NCBI GenBank assembly: GCA_963836235.1
Contig: CAWIIP010000002.1
Coordinates: 352,001 to 416,000 of the forward strand
Reading direction: 5' to 3'
Length of the DNA: 64,000 nucleotides
From: an uncultured Pseudomonadota bacterium
GTDB lineage: Bacteria > Oederibacteriota > Muellerivitia > Muellerivitales > Muellerivitaceae
Part shown: positions 18,837 through 28,744 of the stretch, in pieces
How the letters are laid out: every line of letters begins with the position of its first letter
Position numbering within the stretch: position 1 is the stretch's first letter
The notes under the pieces: generated by a model
What the model saw: the letters and a program-made list of their open reading frames with translations, nothing else
Told to the model about the DNA's origin: nothing
Database searches by the model: none
Made by a program: the position numbers and the translations under genes

Positions 18837-21300
18837 ATGGTCATGAAGACAATCACCGCCCTGCCCATCGATCCTCTGATCCCCGAAATCCTTGCGGCCC
18901 TGGAAAAACACAATGCCGCCGTGGTATCCGCCGAGCCGGGTGCGGGTAAAACCACAAGGCTTCCACCTTCCCTTCTTTCCGCTTCCTTCACTAAAAATAA
19001 GGAAATCTGGGTTCTTCAGCCCCGGCGCCTGGCCGCCAAATACGCGGCCCTACGAGTCGCCGAAGAGCTGGGCGAGGAGCCCGGCCAAAGCGTGGGTTAC
19101 CAGTTCCGTTTTGAAAAAAAGTTGGGACCCCAAACCCGCCTGCGGTTCATGACCGATGGAATGCTTCTTCCCCTATCCCAATCCGATCCGACCCTCACCA
19201 ACGTTGCTGCGGTGGTCTTGGATGAGTTCCATGAACGAAGCCTGGCCTTGGAACTGGGATTGGCTTGGCTCCACCGCCTTCAACTGGGCCCAAGACCCGA
19301 CCTTCGACTTTTGGTGATGAGCGCTACGCTGGATTCGGAAGCCCTTTCCACTTATCTTTCAGGTTGCCCGGTTTTCAAAAGTTCCGGTCGGATATTTCCC
19401 GTGACCGTTGAATACCACCCTTTTCCTCAAGAATCCGATTTAAGTCTCAAAGTCAAATCCGCCGTCCGCCAAATAGCCGCCAAAGGCCTCCAAGGAACTA
19501 CCTTGGTTTTCTTGCCGGGACTAGCTGAAATTAAACTGCCTGTCAAAATCAGCCCTCGGTAAAGAACCTGGGGAAGTTCATGCCCTCTACGGCGATCTTT
19601 CCGTACAGGAACAACAGGCGGTCCTCAGCCCCACTCAAGGAAACAAGGTTATTTTGAGCACCAACTTGGCGGAAACTTCCTTGACCGTTCCGGGCGTCAC
19701 TGCCGTCATTGACTCAGGCTTAACTCGTCAATCCCGCGTCTCCGCCTGGTCAGGTCTACAAAGCCTCGTCACAGTCCCCGCCAGCCAAGCCTCGGCCACC
19801 CAAAGGGCCGGACGAGCAGGGCGCCTCCAGGAAGGTCACTGCCTTCGCCTCTTCGCGAAATATGATTTTGACCACCGGGCCGCTTTTGATGTGCCCGAAC
19901 TTTTACGGAGCGATCTTTCTAAAAGCCTGTTGGACTTATTGTTTCTCGGGGTTGGAGATTTGGATTCCTTTCCCTGGTTTCTAAAACCTTCCCCAGCCGC
20001 CCTTGAGGCCGCCCACACTTTATTAACTCGCCTCGGTGCCCAAACCTCTAGGGGCGATCTCACCGAAGTGGGCCGCCGTATGGCCCGTATCCCCTTGACT
20101 CCACGATTGGGCAAGTTTTTGTTACAAGTAGAGGAACTGGCGCTTGGTCATTTTACGGTTTTACGACAAGCCTGCCGCCTGGCAGCCTTGATCAGCGAGG
20201 AAAAACCAGAATCCGAGGATATCCTTGAGGAACTTCGAAAATTCAATCCCGGTTTCGAAGCCAAAAGGCTTGAGGAACAGTTGGTCGGGTATCTTCGTCT
20301 GGAGTCTTCCAGTGTAAAAACAAATCCAGGCGACTCCCATTTATTAGCCAAGGGGCTCTTGGCCGCCTTTCCCGATCGAGTGGCCCGGGTCCGTCTCACC
20401 GATTCCTTCCAAACCCGCAACCGTTCCGGAAAGGTTCGAGAACTTCTTCTTTCTTCTGGAGGAACGGCTTTAGTTAATGACAGCGCTCTCACCCGGGAAC
20501 ATGAATTTTTCGTCGTAGTGGAGGCCCAAGAAGCCGTTCAAGGGACCGGTGGCCAGGTCAAAGCCAGGTCCATCTGCCCGATTGAAATCGATTGGTTGTT
20601 GGACCTGTTCCCCGATGATCTTACGGATGAACAAACTTACGAATGGAATGAAAAAGCCAAACGAGTGGAAGGCTTTAAGCGCCTGAAATACGGCCAACTG
20701 GTCCTGGATGAAAAGCCACTTTCCGCCAGGGACTTCAGCCTCGAAACCCAGGCATTGCTTTTCAAGGAAGCCCAGGCAGCGGGCTCTTTGGCCTACTGCG
20801 ATCCAGAGGAATTGGCATTATTCCTCAATCGTGTAAAGTTCGTCGCTGGACGGTCCAAAAGCTTTCCTGAAATCACTTCGAAATTAATGGAAGGAACGTT
20901 GAAAGAACTCTGCCAGGGTTGCCGGAGTTTCGAGGATTTAAAAGCCACCGGCTTTGTCGCAGCTTTAAGATCTCATTTTCCCCAAAAAGACCAATCTTTG
21001 TTGGAAAAGCTAGCCCCCAATTCCATTACTCTTTCCTCAGGCCGCCGGATGGACATTCACTACGAGGAAGGGAAACCGCCTTGGGGCGAATCCCGCATCC
21101 AGGATTTTTTTGGGTTGAATCAGGGTCCTACCGTCGCTGGAGGCGAGGTTCCGGTTGTTTTGCACCTTTTATCCCCCGCTCGAAGGCCGGTTCAAGTCAC
21201 CAGTGACTTGGCAGGGTTCTGGAAAAACCACTATCCCCAAATCCGCAAGGAACTCAGCCGCAAATATCCCCGGCACAAGTGGCCTGAAAACCCGGTTTAA
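18837..21300 (+). CDS. hrpB: ATP-dependent helicase HrpB, frameshift near 19535
   Basis: PGAGKTT, QPRRLAA, DEFHER, MSAT, STNLAETSLT, QRAGRAGR, HLLSPARRPVQVTSDLAGFW, YPRHKWP. Confidence 0.92.
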
Positions 21301-21321
21301 GCTCCTAGGAATAATGATAAT

Positions 21322-22407
21322 TTAAGTGGTGTGGATAGAATTGCGGTTGCTCATGTCGCCCATGATGCTGTAAGGAATGACTTTCTCGGTCTTACCCTTG
21401 AGCTGCACTGGCATACGGGATTCGATGTGGAATCGATCGGAAACCATCATGGCCAATTCCTCGTTCACCAATATTTCCCATTCGGGAGCGATGCCACACA
21501 ATCGGGAAGCCAAGTTGACCGCGTCTCCAATGAGGGTGAATTCCATGCGGTTGCGGGAACCGAGGTTTCCCATCAGGGCCTCTCCCGAAACAATTCCGAT
21601 GCCCAACCCGATTGAAATGGACTTGGTATTTAATTCATTGCTAGCCTTGATGGCTTGTCGAAACTTTTCCTGCATATCGATCGCCGCGCGAATAACTTTT
21701 TGGGCGTCGACTTTCTCGTTTTCGGCCGACCGCCTGAAGTAGGCCAGGATAGCGTCTCCAATGAATTTGTTGATTTCACCACCTTGGACCTCAATGGCTA
21801 TTCCCAGGGAAGTGTAAATTTGATTCAATACCCTCATCGTTTCCTGGGGTGTCAACTGTTCGGACATTTGGGTGAAACCTCTTATGTCCGAAAAAAGAAT
21901 AAACACTTTTTGCATTTGACCACCAAGGGAAGTATTGCTTCCCTTGGCCTGGCGAGAAGCCTCCGAACCCAGGTATTTTTCCAGAGTGTGGCGGCTTGAG
22001 ACAATTTCCTTTTCCCTGCTTTGCACAGTCTCGAAGGCCGCCTTAACGACCGCATCAATGCCCGGCTTGACCTTTAAGGGAGAAGCATCGTCCGAATATA
22101 TATAGTCCTTTGGAAGCAAGTTTAATTTAGCGAGAGTTAATTGAAGGTTGCAAAACCAGGTAACTGAAGTTTGCCATTGGAGCAAAAACCACCAGGTACC
22201 AAAGATCAGGGCGCATGCCCAACCCGTGTAAAGTGCTAAATCCAAACGTTCGGAATAAGACCAAACCAGCCACCCGGCGCAAACCGATATAAAAAGAAGG
22301 GCAAAGAAAAAAACAAACTGAATGGAGTTTGTTTCGGCCCGCTTTTTGACGGAAAAAAGAGTCGCCATAGTCCACTCCGCCTTGATTGGGATGATGCAAC
22401 CCTTCAA
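21322..22407 (-). CDS. Membrane-anchored class III adenylate cyclase
   Basis: Two TM helices; FSDIRGFT, KFIGDA, EFTLIGDAVNLASRL. Confidence 0.9.
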   Translation of the reverse strand: MKGCIIPIKAEWTMATLFSVKKRAETNSIQFVFFFALLFISVCAGWLVWSYSERLDLALYTGWACALIFGTWWFLLQWQTSVTWFCNLQLTLAKLNLLPKDYIYSDDASPLKVKPGIDAVVKAAFETVQSREKEIVSSRHTLEKYLGSEASRQAKGSNTSLGGQMQKVFILFSDIRGFTQMSEQLTPQETMRVLNQIYTSLGIAIEVQGGEINKFIGDAILAYFRRSAENEKVDAQKVIRAAIDMQEKFRQAIKASNELNTKSISIGLGIGIVSGEALMGNLGSRNRMEFTLIGDAVNLASRLCGIAPEWEILVNEELAMMVSDRFHIESRMPVQLKGKTEKVIPYSIMGDMSNRNSIHTT

Positions 22408-22428
22408 AAACCGTTCGATAGGTTCGGC

Positions 22429-23577
22429 TCAACTGCCTCCGGAATGATAAACACTTTTGACGGCCTGAAGCATTTTCTTGTAGATTTCCGTCAGGGTATC
22501 GGCCGTGCTTCGGGCTTGCTGGAAATTAGGATTGACCTCGATAGCCTTATTCATTTCTTTCAAAGAACGGTGGATGAGAAAATTGGATTTCATGAGAGTT
22601 CCCATACCATAATGGAGCCTCAAATCGACATATTGTGGATTGGATTCCACCAATTGTTCCAACTGACGGACATATTCCTCTGTCTCCTGGGCGCTGACAC
22701 CCCTGTCGCCAAAGAGAAGTTTTAAGGTGTAAAAATAAACGACTTCCGAGCCCGTCTTGGGAATATATTTCGGACGGGCTTCCAAGTAGTTTTTAAAGGC
22801 AATGGGATATTTACCCGATTTTAGATTTGCCGTACCGGTCAATAACGAACCGCTCATGATCTTGGAATTGCAATCCAGCGCCAGTTGAGTCTCCCGCTGG
22901 GCTTCTTCGACATAACCCTGGACCGCCGCCTCCACCAAGCTGCTATTTTCTCCCGCGATTACGGCGACAGCGCAAGTGGCCAGCTTCAAATGGGCATCGG
23001 CGTAATTTGGATTGATTTTAATTGCCTGCTCATACTGTTTTTTCGCTTTTTCAAATTGTCTCTGGAACAAATGGACATTCCCTAGGTAATAATAAATATC
23101 CGCGTAAACCGAACCCGACTCCAGAATGTGGTTGAAAACATGAAGGGCGTTTTCATAATCACCCTTGAGCGTAAGGGTAATACCGTAATGCTTGATGGCT
23201 TGAATATGTCCCGAATCCAGATCCACCGATTTTTGAAATTGTTCGAGGGCGTCGTCGTAAAAACCCCGAGTCAAGAGAATAACCCCCATTGCAAAACACA
23301 TATGAGAGGAAGGTTTTTCGAGGATTTTCTTCGCCGTCGTGAAAATGAACTCCATTTCGGAGATAAGCACTTGGTGAGTTTGGGTTAAAAGCTTTTCCGT
23401 ATCACCTTGGGAGCCTGAAACCATTTCTTTGGTGATAGATTTTTTTCGCTCAAATACCAACGTACCGTCCCTTTGAACGGTTGAAATGAGTTGCTTTTGC
23501 GACTCATTGATTGAGGTTTCGAAAGCGAGCTTCTTGCGATCCATCTCAACAAGTGTTCTTAAATTTTGAGATGCCAT
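22429..23577 (-). CDS. TPR-repeat protein
   Basis: YADIYYYLG, AIKINPNYADAH, AIEVNPNF repeats. Confidence 0.85.
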   Translation of the reverse strand: MASQNLRTLVEMDRKKLAFETSINESQKQLISTVQRDGTLVFERKKSITKEMVSGSQGDTEKLLTQTHQVLISEMEFIFTTAKKILEKPSSHMCFAMGVILLTRGFYDDALEQFQKSVDLDSGHIQAIKHYGITLTLKGDYENALHVFNHILESGSVYADIYYYLGNVHLFQRQFEKAKKQYEQAIKINPNYADAHLKLATCAVAVIAGENSSLVEAAVQGYVEEAQRETQLALDCNSKIMSGSLLTGTANLKSGKYPIAFKNYLEARPKYIPKTGSEVVYFYTLKLLFGDRGVSAQETEEYVRQLEQLVESNPQYVDLRLHYGMGTLMKSNFLIHRSLKEMNKAIEVNPNFQQARSTADTLTEIYKKMLQAVKSVYHSGGS

Positions 23578-23909
23578 CTTAAAAGCCTTCCGGTTTCATA
23601 ACTTAACTTAAAATCCGCGAAATCAAGGATTCCAACGGGAACTATAAGATGCAATAATAAAGCATAATAATCCAGGGTATTTCAGGTTAAAACAAACAAA
23701 TTTCTCCAAAAGCATCAAGAAATGAAATAGGCTTCCGGAACCGGAAGGAAAAAAATAGGGTTTAACATTTACCGGTCATTTTGAAGGTTTTGGAAAACTA
23801 TATCTTAATTTTTCCACTAAGAAGAGATTTCTTTTAAAAGAACTCTTCCAACGTCGAACAAATCCTGTTTATTCGTCGTCTAATCATCAAAGAATTTCGG
23901 AGCAACTTC

Positions 23910-24764
23910 GTGACCCTTATAAAAATATACTTTTTTTTCGTCCTCATCGGATTCTGTTCCCCACTTTGGGCGGTGCCCGCAACAGTCGAAAACCTGGATT
24001 ATAAAGTCACCCTCTCGGAAACGCTTCCCGGCTTAGATGACCAGACCATTCCTCAAATGGGTCCCACCATCACTGTCACAATTCAAGATAAATTTCGATC
24101 CAGCGGAGTGGTTTATCCCTTAAGTGTTTATGCCATTAACGATTACGCCTTGTCCGGCAATTATTTAAACCTTCTTTGCCGGGTGACTCCCAAGGTTTCG
24201 GATGCTGGCCCCCGTTATACCTTCATCCAATTGAACCTTTCTTCTCCTTCCGATTCCAGACAATTCCAGCCTTTAAAAATATATTCCTTTTCACCGGGTA
24301 ACCAATATCTTTTGACCTCTTTCGACGGAAAGGACCAGCCGGACTCCATCGGTCTCATCCAACTTGACGGACCCGCCAAACTGGGCTGGATATACTCCAA
24401 TAAAAACGCGACCAATCTATTTCAAAAAGCCCTGCCAACCCTGACTCAAGGAATAACCCTCAACAACCCGGTCGGTTGGTCCGGGGATTCCTCAACCGCT
24501 GTTTTCGTGGTCTCCGCAAACGATGGCACCCAGGATGCCCAAGGCAAATGGGTCCAAAAGGATTATTTGACCCGCCTGGGATTAAATGGAGATGATTTTA
24601 GTCTAGCTGTCAAACCTGTGGATTTATCGCCTTATCATTACCGAAACGGTTCGATCATTTCAGATATGAAATGCTCAACCGACAAGGCCACCCTTATCTT
24701 CAGCCAATCCAATTCATCCGACCTCCTCCAGGCCGACTTCCCCCTTCCTGGCCTTTCCCACTAA
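23910..24764 (+). CDS. Secreted hypothetical protein
   Basis: Signal peptide, beta-rich 284-aa ORF. Confidence 0.6.
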   Translation: MTLIKIYFFFVLIGFCSPLWAVPATVENLDYKVTLSETLPGLDDQTIPQMGPTITVTIQDKFRSSGVVYPLSVYAINDYALSGNYLNLLCRVTPKVSDAGPRYTFIQLNLSSPSDSRQFQPLKIYSFSPGNQYLLTSFDGKDQPDSIGLIQLDGPAKLGWIYSNKNATNLFQKALPTLTQGITLNNPVGWSGDSSTAVFVVSANDGTQDAQGKWVQKDYLTRLGLNGDDFSLAVKPVDLSPYHYRNGSIISDMKCSTDKATLIFSQSNSSDLLQADFPLPGLSH

Positions 24765-24811
24765 TTTTACAATTCTTTTGCATTGGGTCGGAGCGTCTTC
24801 CTTCTTAATCG

Positions 24812-26123
24812 TTGTACAATGCGCTCGTGGAATCCCTTACGCTCAACACCGATGGTACGCCGACCCCACCCCGGTCCCGCCCTTCCTGGGTGAAGGATCA
24901 AATCCGCAGTTTTAACCAAAACCTGGAATCGCGTTCCCGGGATAAAAAATTTTCCCTCATGGCCCACTCACCCGATACCTTCTTCCAAGGCACCAATCAT
25001 CTCTTTTGGACGGATTTCGCCGAAAGCGACTGGTTGGGCGCTTTTGGAGGGGACAAAGGTACCCGCATTTGGATCAGCGGGGACCTTCACTTCACCAACT
25101 TTGGAAGTTTTATCGATGCCACCGGAAGACTGGTTTACGACCTTAATAACTTTGACGAATCCATTGTGGCGGATTACCAGTTCGATTTATGGCGATTGGG
25201 CGTAAGCCTGGTGCTCTTAGGCCGGAAGAATAAAAAAAAATCCAAAGGCCATCCGCCGAATGGTGGTGGAATGCACCCGGGGCTATTGGCGGGAAGTCAA
25301 AAGCTGCCGCTGGTATAAATCCCTCAATCAGGCTCCCTGGGATGAAGAACAATCCGCCCAATCCCTTCGCCATTATCTGTCCCACGCGAGAAAACACTAC
25401 GGCTTCCCTTACATGTTAGAGCGTTGGACCAAACCCGGAAAAAAAGCTCTGATCTTCAAGACCCAAGGGAATTCCGATTTGGAAACCGTCCCTAAGGAGA
25501 TTACCCGAAAATTGGAAAAGACCTTGAAGGATTACGCCCTGCGCCTCAAGCCCTGGCCCATGGAAAAGCCTCGTGTTTTTGAGATCGACGATTTGGCCCA
25601 GCGCTTGAATTTGAGACCAGAAAACGAGGGGAAAAAACATTACTACGCGCTGGTTCGGGTTCGAGAAGAAGCGCAAAATCCTTATAGGATATTGCAAATC
25701 AAACAACAGGTAGAACCCAGTGCCTGGGATCATTTGTCCAAGAAATCAATACGAAAAACCCGAAAACTTTGTGGAAACAACCGTGCCCTCCGGGTCGAAC
25801 TGGCCCATCGTGCTTTAAGCCGCCATCCCGATCCCTGGTTAGGAAGCTTGGAATTGAAGGGAGAAGACTACACGGTCGGTGAATTATCGCCTTACAACGG
25901 TGTCTTGCCGGAGGACATGTTGGACGAAAACATAGCTTATCAATTGGGAGGCATCCTGGCCCGGACTCATTGCCGTACTAAGGATTCCTTCGCCAAAAAG
26001 GCGTTCGAAAGAATTAAAAAGGATAAGAAGGAATTTCGCCGGCTCATCGCTGACCTTTCCCTGGCCTATGCAGACCAGGTGGAAGAAGACTACCGAGGCT
26101 TTTGCAGTCCTAAACAACATTAA
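24812..26123 (+). CDS. DUF2252-family kinase-like protein, frameshift at A-run near 25235
   Basis: SPDTFFQGT, GDLHFTNFG, NNFDE, DLWRL; C-terminal half in 25260 ORF (GGILARTH, YADQVEEDY). Confidence 0.7.
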
Positions 26124-26271
26124 CTTTTCTATAAAAATCAAACGTCTTTTCAAAATAAAACGTTATTTTTATCAAATAAAATTTTTATCTAAACCTCATG
26201 GTCATCCCTTTCAAATACCATCGCGCCCATCAAAGATATTCGGGATTTTATTTATTTTTCAGGAGAAAGAA

Positions 26272-26439
26272 ATGGGTTCAATATTAGGTTTGATCATTTT
26301 GGTGGCGGACGTTTACGCCATTGTCGTCACCTCTCAGAGCAAGGCTTCCACCAACAAAAAAGTTTTATGGATTGTTTTGATTCTGCTCCTGCCGATATTG
26401 GGTTGTATCCTCTGGTATTTTGCGGGACCAAAAAAATAA
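26272..26439 (+). CDS. PLDc_N-like small membrane protein
   Basis: AGGAG RBS; KVLWIVLILLLPILGCILWYFAG. Confidence 0.8.
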   Translation: MGSILGLIILVADVYAIVVTSQSKASTNKKVLWIVLILLLPILGCILWYFAGPKK

Positions 26440-26465
26440 TAAACCCCTAGAACTTTAAAGAACTT

Positions 26466-27026
26466 TCAGGGAGATGAGGAAGCTTCCAATTCTTCAAGCT
26501 TGGGTCCTACTAAATCAACCAAGTGGTCACCGGCAGTAAACAAAACGACGATAAAAACGATCAGCATCAGTGCCAAGGCGACAAAAGACCAGAGATGCCG
26601 CGATTCAAAACGCTTGATGGATCGCGCGTAGGCTACCAAGCCGATCAACGCCGCCACCACGATAACCGCGTCCAAACTAGCCCTTTGCCAATAGCTCCCA
26701 CCCAAGTGCAGCCACATCCCGAATTCATCGAAGGTCAAGGCCATGGCAAAGCCGTAAAGAAGCGCGTTAATTTCCGCCGCGCGCCCGGTCGGCCTGCGAA
26801 AAACGCTATACCCTCCCACACCGGAGAGGAGGAAGATTCCGTAATTCAAATGATGGACATGAGTGCCTTGAAGAAAAAAATACATATTGGGAATCTGATG
26901 GGACATGATCAGGAAAACATCCACCCGCGCGATGAGAAAGGTCATCAGAAAAGCGAACAGGGCCCTCCTCGCCAGACGGTAAGTTGTTTCGACGTGAAAT
27001 GTAGGCTCTTTCATTTTTTTAACCAT
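26466..27026 (-). CDS. Integral membrane protein of unknown function
   Basis: HVHHLNYGI and ALTFDEFGMWL motifs, multiple TM helices. Confidence 0.75.
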   Translation of the reverse strand: MVKKMKEPTFHVETTYRLARRALFAFLMTFLIARVDVFLIMSHQIPNMYFFLQGTHVHHLNYGIFLLSGVGGYSVFRRPTGRAAEINALLYGFAMALTFDEFGMWLHLGGSYWQRASLDAVIVVAALIGLVAYARSIKRFESRHLWSFVALALMLIVFIVVLFTAGDHLVDLVGPKLEELEASSSP

Positions 27027-27058
27027 GACAAATGAGGATTATGGATTCAAAAATTACC

Positions 27059-27352
27059 CTATGATTTACGGGAAGCCACAAATGCCTTCACGGCGGAGAG
27101 CGGGTTATCCAGGGGGGGAACACCTATGACCGTCACATATTCGATTTTCTTTTGGTCATTTTGGTAACCCCAACCGAAAGCCAATTTGGCTTGGGGATGG
27201 TCCTTTAGTTGGTACACTTCCACTTTTCCATTCCAAACCACCTTGCCATCGATGGCCAACCGGACAGGTTGGGTTTGAAGATAAACCGCGTGGCATTTGG
27301 CCCTGTTTTCAATGGCCGCTAAAAGCGCTTCTCGATATTCCCGGTGATCCAT
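27059..27352 (-). CDS. Hypothetical protein
   Basis: 97-aa ORF with AGGA upstream; WNGKVEVYQLKDHPQAK..WGY. Confidence 0.65.
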   Translation of the reverse strand: MDHREYREALLAAIENRAKCHAVYLQTQPVRLAIDGKVVWNGKVEVYQLKDHPQAKLAFGWGYQNDQKKIEYVTVIGVPPLDNPLSAVKAFVASRKS

Positions 27353-27492
27353 AACTTAATTTTCCTTAATAAAATTTACTGTTTTTTCCCCGGCCAACCG
27401 GCTAAATCAAAGCGCCCTGAAAGATTTTAAATTTTTTTAAATAACTTTTTTTCGACATCTAAACCTTTTCGCGGAAAACTTTAAATTCCCAC

Positions 27493-28740
27493 TCAATAAA
27501 CTGGAGCAATCGTTATGGTGGCCATGGGGCCTTCACCTCCTTCAGCATTCACCGTTGTAATGCCGAAAATATATGCTTTTCCTTGCTTCATTTTTTTGAG
27601 CGTGAGGGTGGTTTCGAGCAGAAGGCTTTTATTCGCCCGCCGGAAATCCTCTGAATCTGACTTCTTCACGTAAAAATTGTAACCCGTCACCCCTTTATCT
27701 TGAACACTATTCCAATGGAGAATAACTGCGCTCTCATCCACGGTATAATCCAGTCCCGTCGGGGCCGGAAGAATCGGGGCTTCAAAGGGGCCAAACCGAT
27801 AACTAAGCGATATCTGGCTTCCAGAGCCCAGGTCTCCCAAAGTGGTTAGGGCATAATCCAATTCCGTCTGCTCCAGTTTTATCCCCACCCCGGCTGACAA
27901 GCCAGCCAATCCCTGGAGATTGCCATAACCGGCTAAACGGTACCCTGCCCGCAAAGCAACCATCCCCTTATACCAATACTCAGCGCCCATGCTCGCGGTG
28001 GAAGCCGTGGAATCATTAAGGGCCAAGTTTCCATCGAGTCCAAACAATAACAGGTTATCCGGAGATAACCGGTTGACGTAGGAACCCGCCACATCTACGG
28101 AAAAAGGAAGGTCGGACCCCTCCAGTGTTCCTCCCAAGTTCAATAAGGTCAGACTCCCCCCCAACCCTATTAGGTAATTCTTGTACTTCAACCCTACGTC
28201 TGCCGCCTCGGTTGAGGAGCTCATGCCGGTTTCCAAGTTTTCCATGATGAATTTTCCATCCACACCAAATTCCAAACCATGGAACAAGGTTAAACCCACC
28301 CCTCCGTAAAGGTCCAAACCCAAGGGGGTAAAACTGCCATTGGCCACCGGAATTCCGGACGAATTCAGGTTATAGAAATCAACCTGGCCAAAATTGAAAT
28401 AATCGCCCCCAAGAGCCAATGCCCAACCTCCGAAACCATGACCGTAAGATAAGTGTTCCACCGTTAGATTTTGAGCCCAAATATTGTGAAGCAACTCACC
28501 TTCGTTTCCCGAAAGCTCGGCCAGCCCCGCCGGATTGACTCCCAGGGCGTCCACATCGTCGGCCAGTGCCCCGAAGGCTCCTGAAAGGGCGGCATCCCGG
28601 GTGCTGTTGGGAATGAGAAGCCACGAGGCGGCTATATCGCCGGCATGGGCGGTCTCTTGGATCAATCCCAATAGGGCAAACAGAACAACCAGCTTCCTTT
28701 TGTTCATTAAAGCTTCCTGCTTTTTATTAGGTTTGATCAA
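27493..28740 (-). CDS. PorV-like outer-membrane barrel with C-terminal FN3 domain
   Basis: WLLIPNSTRDAALSGAF..ADD..NPAGL, GAEYW..LRAGY, LDYA; PAPTGL..LHW..GYNFY..Y..TTVN..GEG. Confidence 0.75.
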   Translation of the reverse strand: MIKPNKKQEALMNKRKLVVLFALLGLIQETAHAGDIAASWLLIPNSTRDAALSGAFGALADDVDALGVNPAGLAELSGNEGELLHNIWAQNLTVEHLSYGHGFGGWALALGGDYFNFGQVDFYNLNSSGIPVANGSFTPLGLDLYGGVGLTLFHGLEFGVDGKFIMENLETGMSSSTEAADVGLKYKNYLIGLGGSLTLLNLGGTLEGSDLPFSVDVAGSYVNRLSPDNLLLFGLDGNLALNDSTASTASMGAEYWYKGMVALRAGYRLAGYGNLQGLAGLSAGVGIKLEQTELDYALTTLGDLGSGSQISLSYRFGPFEAPILPAPTGLDYTVDESAVILHWNSVQDKGVTGYNFYVKKSDSEDFRRANKSLLLETTLTLKKMKQGKAYIFGITTVNAEGGEGPMATITIAPVY

Positions 28741-28744
28741 ACTC

